Part shown: piece by piece, positions 56,253-64,000 of the stretch | Numbering within the stretch: the first letter of the stretch is position 1 | Layout: each line of letters begins with the position of its first letter | Origin: an uncultured Microthrixaceae bacterium | GTDB taxonomy: Bacteria > Actinomycetota > Acidimicrobiia > Acidimicrobiales > CAVOFX01 | Reading direction: 5' to 3' | Assembly: GCA_963695115.1 (NCBI GenBank) | Contig: CAVOFX010000002.1 | Location: forward strand, 4,427 to 68,426 | DNA: 64,000 nucleotides | Notes under the pieces: model-generated | The model's input: the letters and a program-made list of their open reading frames with translations, nothing else | Databases searched by the model: none | Told to the model about the DNA's origin: nothing | Program-made: the position numbers and the translations under genes

Positions 56253-58289
56253 ATGGAGTACCTCGGAGTCGTGCTGATCATCGGCGCTGCGATCGCGCTG
56301 CTCGCCCTGATGGTGGTGCTGAACAGCTTCCACCTGATCGGGCCGTCCCAGGTCGGGCTGGTGATCAAGCGGCTCGGACGAAAGCTCGCGTCAGATCAGC
56401 TGATCGCGCTCAAGGGCGAGGCCGGGTACCAGGCCGATCTGCTGATGCCTGGTCTGCGCATCAAGGTGTGGCCGATCTACAAGGTCGAGCGCTACCCCTG
56501 GGTGCAGGTATCCCCCGGCGGACATCGGCCTGGTCATCGCCCAGGTGGGCGCTGCACTCCCCACCGGGGCGAAGTCGGCTGCCTACCGCTCGGAGTTCGG
56601 CAGCTTCGCGGACGTGAGGACCTTCCTCGCGGGTGGCGGCCAGAGAGGTGTGCAACGGCCCGTGCTCCCGCCGGGCACGACTGCGCCCATCCACCCGGTC
56701 GGCTTCGTGGTGGTCACCGGCCAGCAGATGTTCGGAAAGGTGATCTCGGAGATGACCGACCGCGGCGCTCGACCAGGTGAGCCAGAACGCGCTGGGCGTG
56801 ACCCACATCACGCCCGCAGGGCGACCGTGACATCGTCGGCGTGGTCACCACCCTGGAAGGACCGCCCTCGGGAGACATCGCCAGCCGCATCGGTGGCTTC
56901 GACGACGTGTGGACGATGGAAGCAGAGGGCGACGGGCTCGGCGAGCCAGGTCATCCAGGCGGTGCTTCGCTCCAAGAACCAACTGCACGACAACTACCAG
57001 GACTACCAGGCCTTCCTCGAGAACGGCGGCTGCATCGGACTGCAGCACGATCCCGCTGCTCTACGGCTCGTACCTGCTGAACCCGTTCCTGGTGCAGGTC
57101 GAGCTGCGGGAGATGCTCGTGGTGCGCCAGGGCGAGGTGGCCGTCATCAAGTCCTACGTGGGCCTTCCCACCGAGGACACCTCCGGCGAGGAGTTCAAGT
57201 TCGGTTCGATCGTGAAGCCGGGCCACCAGGGGATCTGGTCGGAGCCGCTGCGCACGGGCAAGTACACGCTCAACCCGCGCATCTACGAGGCGGAGATCGT
57301 CCCGACCTCGATCCTGACGCTGAACTGGTCGCACGTGACGAGCGAGGCCCACAGCCTCGACGCGCGGCTCGCTCCGATCGATGCGAAGAGCAAGGAGGCC
57401 TTCAACTTCAGCATCGACCTCCAGGTGCAGATCCACGTGCCCGACACCCGGGCCCCGAAGGTGATCACCATGGTCGGGACGATGCAGAACCTCGTCAACG
57501 AGGTGCTCCAGTCCGCGGTCGGCAACTACTTCCGCAACAAGCTGCAGACGCTGGGCGCCACCGAGTTCATCGAGAAGCGCGACGAGGTGCAGAGCGCCGC
57601 GGAGCGCTACATCCAGCAGTACCTCTCGCGCTACGAGGTCGAGACCCGCGGCGTGTACATCCAGGACGTCGTGTTCCCCGCCGACCTGGTGGAGGTGCTG
57701 ACCAGTCGGGAGATCGCTGCCCAGGAGCGGGAGACGTTCGCCCAGCAACGGGCTGCTCAGGAGGCGCGGGTGAGCCTCGAGCAGCAACGTGGCGTGGCCG
57801 ACATGCAGGCCGAGCTCGCCCAGGCCAACGTCTCGATCGACATCGAGACGTCCCGGGCCCAAGCGGCCAGAGCCCGAGCTGAGGGCGAGGCCGCGGTCAT
57901 CACCTTGACCGGAGCAGCCGAGGCGACCCGCACCCGCGACATCGGCGACGCGACAGCCGATGCCGAAGCAGGCACTCGGGCTGGCGCGGGCGAAGGGCTT
58001 CGACGCCCAGCGCGAGGCCATCGGCGCGGAGCAGACTGCGATGGTCGCCGCTCTGCGCGAGATCGGAGACGGTCACGTGAAGATCGTCCCCGACATCCAG
58101 GTCGGATCCGAGGGCGGGGTCCTCGGCGGGCTCGGCGCGCTGCTGATGCGCTCGCTGGCGAACGGGTCCGGAGGTGATCACGACCGAGACGAGGGGGAGG
58201 GTGATGACGCTCGATCGAGCGTCGGCGACATCGCCTCCTCGTCGGACGCGGACGGCAACGGGCGTCGGGGAGCTGGGTCCTGGTGGTGA
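56253..58289 (+). pseudogene. large SPFH/flotillin-like membrane protein, six successive apparent +1 frameshifts
   Basis: The N-terminal TM segment and SPFH start (MEYLGVVLIIGAAIALLALMVVLNSFHLIGPSQVGLVIKRLG...) are in frame 0. The sensible reading then moves 0>1 (~56515, C5 run), 1>2 (~56760), 2>0 (~56820), 0>1 (~56942), 1>2 (~57050) and 2>0 (~57955). The core reads ...LLYGSYLLNPFLVQVELREMLVVRQGEVAVIKSYVG...FSIDLQVQIHVPDTRAPKVITMVG...RGVYIQDVVFP... followed by a coiled-coil. Confidence 0.75.
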
Positions 58290-59880
58290 CGAGGCGGCGG
58301 ACGGAGGGACTCCGTAGCTGTATACCCTTGCCGTCATGTCGCTGTGCCGAACGCCCACCTCTCGACTCCGACGAGCACCGCGAGCACGTGAAGCGAGCCG
58401 AGGCCGCCCTCTGCGACCCGGCGTTCGAGCACATCGTGGAGATGGTGCTCTCGAGGGTGGGCGACGTCTACGAGGCGGCGGCGGTGGACGGCAGGGTCCG
58501 CTTCCGCCGCGAGCCCGAACGCTCACGGATGGCGCTTCGAGGTCGTCGAGGTGGAGGGCCGCAACCCCCTGGAGAACCAGGCCCCGGAGCACCTGGCGCC
58601 CCTTGCCGAGGAGCTGGCCGCGAGGCAGCCACGCCGCACCGAGAACGCCTACCCCTTCGGCTACGAGCAGCTCTCGCAGCTCTTCGACAGCCCGGCTGCC
58701 CCCGACCTGGTGGCCGTCCACACCGCCGCCCACAACTGGGAGGACCAGGGCGGCCACATCGGTGAGCACGGGTCGATAGACGTGGTGCAGGCCCGGGCGC
58801 CGTTCGTGCTCGCCGGCGCCGGCGTCCGCGCCCAGGGGATGCTGCCCCGATCGTGCCGTCTCGTCGACGTGGCACCGACGCTCGCGGCGCTCATGGGGGT
58901 GGCACCCACCGGTGGATGGGGACACAACGGAGCAGCTCGGGACGACGTGCGTCTGGCGCGACAGGACGGGGAGGTGCTCGAGGACCTCATCGCTGAGGAC
59001 GAGCGACCGCGCCACGTCGTGGGCTTCCTGCTCGACGGCGCCAACGCCAACGTCCTGTACGACATGGCGGCGCGGGGAGAGGCCCCGAACCTGGCGCGCC
59101 TGATGGAGATGGGCACCACCTACGCCCACGGAGCGATGTCTTCGTGCCCGACCGTCACGCTCGCCAACCACACGTCGATCCTCACCGGTGCGTACCCGGG
59201 CCACCACGGCATCCTCCACAACGCATGGTGGGACCGCTTCGAGCAGGAGCAGGTCATCACCAACTCGCCGATCCACTGGGTCACCGCGATGGAGACCCTG
59301 GAGCCTGGTGTGGAGACGCTCTTCCACGCCGTCCACCGCACCTGGCCGGATGCGGTGACCGTGGCGATCGACGAGCCGTGCGACAGCGGAGCGGACTACT
59401 CCACCCTGGGGCTGATGCGCCAGGGCGAGGTCCTGCCCCGCACTCCCCACGACCTGCCGCACAGCACGGAGCGGTTCGTGCGGCCGGTCAAGGAGTACGG
59501 CTGGAGCTCGAAGGTCGACCACATCGGGGTGGAGCAGTTCTGCGGCATCTGGGGCGAGGGTCCGTATCGCGGCGTCGACTGGCCGATCCCGCACTTCACC
59601 TGGGTCAACTTCGTCCTCACCGACGCGGCGTTCCACGAGGGCGGGCCGTACTCGGAGATCGCGGCGGCGAGCGTGCACGACACCGACGGCCGGCTGGGCG
59701 AGATCCTCGAGGCGGTGGAGAGAGCCGGGGTGTGGGACCAGACGGCGTTCTTCGTCGTGGCCGACCACGGCATGGAGGAGACGGACTCTTCGTGCACCGG
59801 CAACTGGGCCGACGCGCTGGACGCCGACCGGCCTCGACTACCGCGACGAGGGCTACGGCTTCATCTACGTCAACCCCTGA
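58283..59880 (+). pseudogene. alkaline phosphatase-superfamily / type I phosphodiesterase-nucleotide pyrophosphatase-like protein, two apparent +1 frameshifts (~58525, ~59828)
   Basis: The core is ...VVGFLLDGANANVLYDM...CPTVTLANHTSILTGAYPGHHGILHNAWWDR...FVVADHGMEE. The N-terminal ~80 aa are in the ORF 58283 frame. The true C-terminus GLDYRDEGYGFIYVNP* (TGA at 59878-59880) is in a third frame. The exact start is uncertain. Confidence 0.7.
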
Positions 59881-60002
59881 GGCGGGCTTCGCCCGCAGCA
59901 AGGATGGGGAGTCGACCTTCGTCGACGCGGCCCCTGGATCAGCCCGGCCAGGGTTCGCCGGCGCCCACCGGTCGGGCGGGGCTTCCCTGCGGCCGGTCAC
60001 TA

Positions 60003-60941
60003 CTACGGATCGTCGAGCACCCGTCTGCGACCGAGTCGCTTCGCGTCGTGGAGAAGGCCGTCCGCGTGGTGGAATGCGTCGCCCACCCAGCCTCCGGGAT
60101 CGACCTCCGCCACCCCTGCCGAGAAGCTCACCTCGACCTCGACACCGCCGTTCTCGCTGGAGCCGATCTGGAGCGGGCTCTGCCTCAGCCGCTCCAGGGC
60201 GCGCTCGAGCGCCTCGCGGGCCTGGCGGGGCTCGGTGGCCGGGAAGAGCGCGGCGAACTCGTCGCCGCCCCAACGCGCCACCGTGTCTGCTGCACGAAGC
60301 TCGGAGGCGAGCAGGCGGCCGGTCTCCACGAGCACTGCGTCGCCCACCACGTGGCCGCGCTCGTTCACCTCCTTGAAGTCGTCGAGGTCGATGAGTGCGA
60401 GCGAGAGCGGGTCCCCGGTGCGGCGGCTCAGCTCGGACAGGCGCTCGAGGGCGTCGGAGAGGGCCCGCCGGTTCGGCAGCCCCGTGAGGGGGTCCGTGCG
60501 GGCCAGCTCCTCTGCATGCTTCTTGGCGTCGTCGACCTCGGCGCGCCTCCTGTGGATCTCGGTGACGTCACGTCCGGTGCAGACCACGACCTCCGCGCCG
60601 CGGTCGAAGAAGCCGGTCCAGCGGATCCAGAGGTGGTGGCCGTCGTGGTGGCGGGTTCGGCCCTCCGCGACGAACCGGTCCTCCCCGCGATCCCAGCGAG
60701 TCTGGGCCTCGTTCGTCACCGATCCCCGGTCGGACGGGTGCACGAGATCGAGCAGGTGGGTTCTCTTGAGCTCCTCGGTGCTCCAACCGAGCGTCCGCTC
60801 CCACGCCGGGTTCAGCAGCAGCGGGCGGCCGTCGAGGTCCACGATGCAGAGCAGATCCGGGCTGTGCTCGACCAGGTACCCGGCCAAGGCAGCGTCATCC
60901 CAAGATCTCAGCTCTCGCGAACCCACCGCGGAGCGTTCCAT
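60003..60941 (-). CDS. PAS domain-containing diguanylate cyclase (GGDEF)
   Basis: The PAS-like N-terminus is PDLLCIVDLDGRPLLLNPAWERTLGWSTEEL. The GGDEF domain shows DPLTGLPNRRAL...LALIDLDDFKEVNERGHVVGD...VARWGGDEFAALF. Confidence 0.9.
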   Translation of the reverse strand: MERSAVGSRELRSWDDAALAGYLVEHSPDLLCIVDLDGRPLLLNPAWERTLGWSTEELKRTHLLDLVHPSDRGSVTNEAQTRWDRGEDRFVAEGRTRHHDGHHLWIRWTGFFDRGAEVVVCTGRDVTEIHRRRAEVDDAKKHAEELARTDPLTGLPNRRALSDALERLSELSRRTGDPLSLALIDLDDFKEVNERGHVVGDAVLVETGRLLASELRAADTVARWGGDEFAALFPATEPRQAREALERALERLRQSPLQIGSSENGGVEVEVSFSAGVAEVDPGGWVGDAFHHADGLLHDAKRLGRRRVLDDP

Positions 60942-61081
60942 CGGTCCCCAATCAGAACTCAGTTCCGGTCCGTTGGGATTCTACGGAGTTGAACGGTGAC
61001 TCAGGGTGAAATCGGGCAGAACTTGCGATCAATCTCCGGTCAACGCCGATCGGTGTGCTGAACCGGTCAGACCGCGTCCGG

Positions 61082-61987
61082 TCAGCCCTGGGTGGCCTGG
61101 AAGAGCTCGAGGATCTTCTTCAGCTCGTCCTGGGTGCCCTCTGGGATCACGTAGCCCGCGGGATCCCGGATCTCGTCGAAGCGGTCGCGAACCGCCTCAA
61201 CGGTGAGGTCCCGGTCGAAGATGCCCTCGGTGAGTCCCACGAAGAAGCGGGCCACGTAGCCGCCACCGACGCTGAAGACCTCACCGCTGGCCGGACAGTC
61301 CTCATGGCAGAGCCAGGCCACCACGGGGGAGACGTACTCGGGAGCGAGCATGTCGCCGAGAGGGCCGAGGAGCTCCTCGGTCATCCGGGTCTTCGCGATC
61401 GGGGCGATCGCGTTGGCCTTGATGTTGTACTTGGCACCTTCGATCGCCAGGACGTGGGTCAGCCCCACCAGACCCATCTTCGCCGCCCCGTAGTTCGTCT
61501 GGCCGAAGTTGCCGAGGATGCCGGCGCTGGAGGCTGTGCACACGACCCGCCCGTAGCCCTTCTCCCGCATGACCTTCCACGCCGGGATGGTGACGTGGAA
61601 GGCGCCGCGGAGGTGCACGTCCAGCACCGGATCCACGAGATCCGGCGCCATGTTGTGGAAGCTCTTGTCGCGCAGGATGCCGGCGTTGTTGATGACGATG
61701 TCGACGGTGCCGAAGGCGTCGAGGGCGGTCTTGACCACCGCCTCGCCTCCCTCCGCGGTGGCGACGCTGTCGGTGTTGGCCACCGCGACCCCGCCGGAGT
61801 CCTCGATCTCCTTGGCGGTGGTCTGTGCCGGACCGGCGTCGGCCCCTTCGCCCGACGTCGAGCCGCCGAGGTCGTTGACGACGACCTTGGCGCCACGGGA
61901 CGCGAGCAGCAGAGCGTGCTCGCGGCCGAGCCCACCGCCGGCTCCGGTGATGATCGCCACCTTGCCGTCGAATCCGAGATCAGACAT
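61082..61987 (-). CDS. SDR family oxidoreductase (MFE-2-type 3-hydroxyacyl-CoA dehydrogenase-like)
   Basis: GKVAIITGAGGGLGREHALLLASRGAKVVVNDLGG...VINNAGILRD...TASSAGILGNFGQTNYGAAKMGLVG. Confidence 0.9.
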   Translation of the reverse strand: MSDLGFDGKVAIITGAGGGLGREHALLLASRGAKVVVNDLGGSTSGEGADAGPAQTTAKEIEDSGGVAVANTDSVATAEGGEAVVKTALDAFGTVDIVINNAGILRDKSFHNMAPDLVDPVLDVHLRGAFHVTIPAWKVMREKGYGRVVCTASSAGILGNFGQTNYGAAKMGLVGLTHVLAIEGAKYNIKANAIAPIAKTRMTEELLGPLGDMLAPEYVSPVVAWLCHEDCPASGEVFSVGGGYVARFFVGLTEGIFDRDLTVEAVRDRFDEIRDPAGYVIPEGTQDELKKILELFQATQG

Positions 61988-62094
61988 GTCTTCCCCTTGC
62001 TCCTACGCCTTCGCGAACGGCCGCAGGATAGCGAGCCCCGGGCTGCCGGCAGAAAGCCCGCACGCCCACGACCGAGACGGGGATCAGCCAGCGA

Positions 62095-63713
62095 TCAGCC
62101 GGGGAGCACCACGCCGAGCTCGTCGGCGGCGTAGCTGGTGAGCCGCTTGTAGTCGACCTTCCCGTTGGGTGCGCGGCCGATCGAGTCGATCGTCACGATC
62201 CTCTTGGGTGCCTTGAAGCCGGCCAGGTGCTCCTTCACGTGCGCGATGAGCGACCCCTCCTCGAAGCCCGCGTCCTGCCAGAGCTCCACCACCGCGTTCA
62301 CCGACTGACCCCACTTGTCGTCGGGGAGCCCCACGACGACTGCGTCGTGAACTGCCGGGTGGATCTTCAGCGCCTCCTCGACCTCTTCGGGGAAGACCTT
62401 CTCTCCTCCGGTGTTGATGCACTGCGAACCGCGCCCAACAGCACGAGGGTTCCGTCCGCCTCCACTCTGGCGAAGTCCCCCGGCATGGAGTAGGTGTCGT
62501 CGTCGATGGTCACGAAGGTGGCCCGCGACTTCTCCTCGTCCTTGTAGTAGCCGATCGGGGTGTAGCCGCGAACCGCGACCCGCCCGACCTCGCCGGAGCC
62601 CGGCTCGACATCGCGCCCCTCGTCGTCGATGACGCGGGCGGTCTCGCCCAGGATGAACTTGGCGGTCTTGGCTGAACCGCCGGCCGAAGAGATCGACTGG
62701 CCCATCCCCAGGGCCTCCGAGGAGGAGAACGCGTCGACCAGCATCATCCCGCCGTGATGGCGGAGCAGGGCCTGCTTCACCTCCTCGCTCCACATGACCC
62801 CCGACGAGGTGATGGTGAGGAGGCTGGAGATGTCCCAGCGCTCGGGCTCGCGGTCCAGGGCGGCGAGCATCGGCTTCGCGAAGGCATCGCCGACGATGGC
62901 GAGCGCGTTCACCTTCTCACGCTGGATGGTGTCGAGCATCTCCTCGATGTCCAGGGTCCGGCTCTCGAGCGTCACGGCCGAGCCGCCGGAGCTGAGGAAG
63001 ATGAGCGAGGTGAACTGGCCGGTTCCGTGCATCAGCGGGCAGGCCGGGACCTGCACCAGACCGGGGCCCTGGACCGCCGCGTCCACGGCCGCGAGGTCGG
63101 CTCCGGGCTCGCGGAACGCCGGGTTGACGCTGCCGATGGTCGCCCGGATCAGGTCGTCCTGGCGCCACATCACGCCCTTCGGCATGCCGGTGGTACCGCC
63201 CGTGTAGAGGAAGTTGAGGTCGGTCCCGTCCCTTCCCCAAGGGGCGGCCACCCGTCCGTCGGCAGACGCCGCGGCCTCCTCGTACGGGACGGCCCACTCG
63301 GGGCAGGGCTCCGTCCCGTCGTCCACCCAGAGCCACAGCTTCACCTCGACCTGGTCCCGGATCTCGTCGATGGTGGGTACGAAGGTGCCGTGGAACGCGA
63401 CCGCCACCGAGTCGGAGTTGTCCCAGAGGTACCGAAGCTCTTCAGGTCCGTAGCGGTAGTTCGTGTTCACCGGGACGAGGCTCGCCTTGAAGCAGGCGTA
63501 CATCGTCTCCAGGTACTCGGGGCAGTTGTACAGGAAGACGGCGACCTTGTCCTGACGATCGACCCCGACGTCGAGCAGCGTGCGGGCCAGGCCGTCCGCC
63601 CGCCGGTCGAACTCCGACCAGGTGTAGCGCCGGGACCCCTGCACCTGGGCCTGCGCATCGGGGATGATCTCGGCCACCCGTTCCCAGATGTCCGCGTAGT
63701 TCCAGCCGGGCAT
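62095..63713 (-). pseudogene. acyl-CoA synthetase (AMP-binding, FadD-like), apparent frameshift near 62432-62440
   Basis: MPGWNYADIWERVAEIIPD...LYTGGTTGMPKGVMW...DGTLVLLG is in the ORF 62367..63977 frame. RGSQCINTGGEKVFPEEVEEALKIHPAVHDAVVVGLPDDKWGQSV...FKAPKRIVTIDSIGRAPNGKVDYK follows in the ORF 62095..62793 frame. Confidence 0.85.
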
Positions 63714-63807
63714 GTTTCCCCCCTCTAGCTGTTCGCCCGGATGAAAGCAGACCGGGGGTCGCTCTGCCATTCGGCGGGTCCCGTCGGCAGCGGTTACCTT
63801 GCTCGCG

Positions 63808-64000
63808 GTGGACTTCGAGCTGCCTCCGGATGACGACCCGCGCCGGATCGCGGTGAGGGAGTGGGTGAGCTCGCACCCCGACCCGTCGGGACGTGACCTC
63901 GCGGAGGCGGGGTACGTGGCTCCGCACTGGCCGGAGCCCTGGGGGTTGGATGCCGACCCGATCCACCAGCTCCTCATCGACGACGAGCTGAAGCGGGCAG
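63808..64000 (+). CDS. acyl-CoA dehydrogenase, N-terminal fragment (continues past window end)
   Basis: From the GTG at 63808 the sequence reads VDFELPPDDDPRRIAVREWVSSHPDPSGRDLAEAGYVAPHWPEPWGLDADPIHQLLIDDELKRA. This is the typical actinobacterial FadE N-terminus. It is divergent from fadD and not in the ORF track because no stop lies in the window. Confidence 0.7.
   Translation, partial: MDFELPPDDDPRRIAVREWVSSHPDPSGRDLAEAGYVAPHWPEPWGLDADPIHQLLIDDELKRA

Noticed and set aside
60942-61081. Lower-GC intergenic region between the GGDEF gene and the SDR gene, inspected for a tRNA, sRNA or riboswitch.
   Set aside because: I could not fold a cloverleaf or recognise any known riboswitch core by eye. 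It is most likely just the promoter region of the GGDEF gene. A covariance-model scan would be needed to say more.

Overview
The window is a very GC-rich (about 70% by eye) stretch of actinobacterial chromosome. The lineage call rests on a mycothiol conjugate amidase (Mca), three F420-type LLM oxidoreductases, an imuA'-imuB/dnaE2 SOS mutasome with Actinobacteria-type LexA boxes, and many lipoproteins; the exact taxon cannot be named from sequence alone. I support about 65 protein-coding genes. They are mostly housekeeping or lipid and membrane functions: acyl-CoA dehydrogenases, thiolase, FadD, SDRs, WS/DGAT+PAP2, NfeD-SPFH, LemA/DUF3137, an ABC exporter, and TetR/LysR regulators. I found no rRNA, tRNA, CRISPR array, transposase, integrase or recognisable defence system.

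Features worth a second look:
1. A single AhpD/SCP2-like gene is tightly bracketed by inverted arrays of a 72-bp hairpin-rich tandem repeat (52644-54105).
2. A near-perfect 18-bp x8 tandem repeat encodes (RAEPSH)n at the imuA' C-terminus and runs into the imuB start codon.
3. The SOS mutagenesis cassette is split by an orphan solute-binding-protein gene, with two identical LexA boxes.
4. A plus-strand block (HAF-repeat fragment plus two tandem mosaic FG-GAP-like lipoprotein paralogs) sits between LemA and DUF3137 genes.
5. One ORF fuses a SAM-methyltransferase to a Mug-type glycosylase.
6. About 19 apparent single-base frameshifts occur in otherwise conserved genes, with 8 of them in 56.2-59.9 kb.

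The frameshifts mean either an indel-error-prone assembly or real pseudogenisation. I cannot tell which without reads. Many long ORFs in the supplied track are GC-driven shadow ORFs and were not called.
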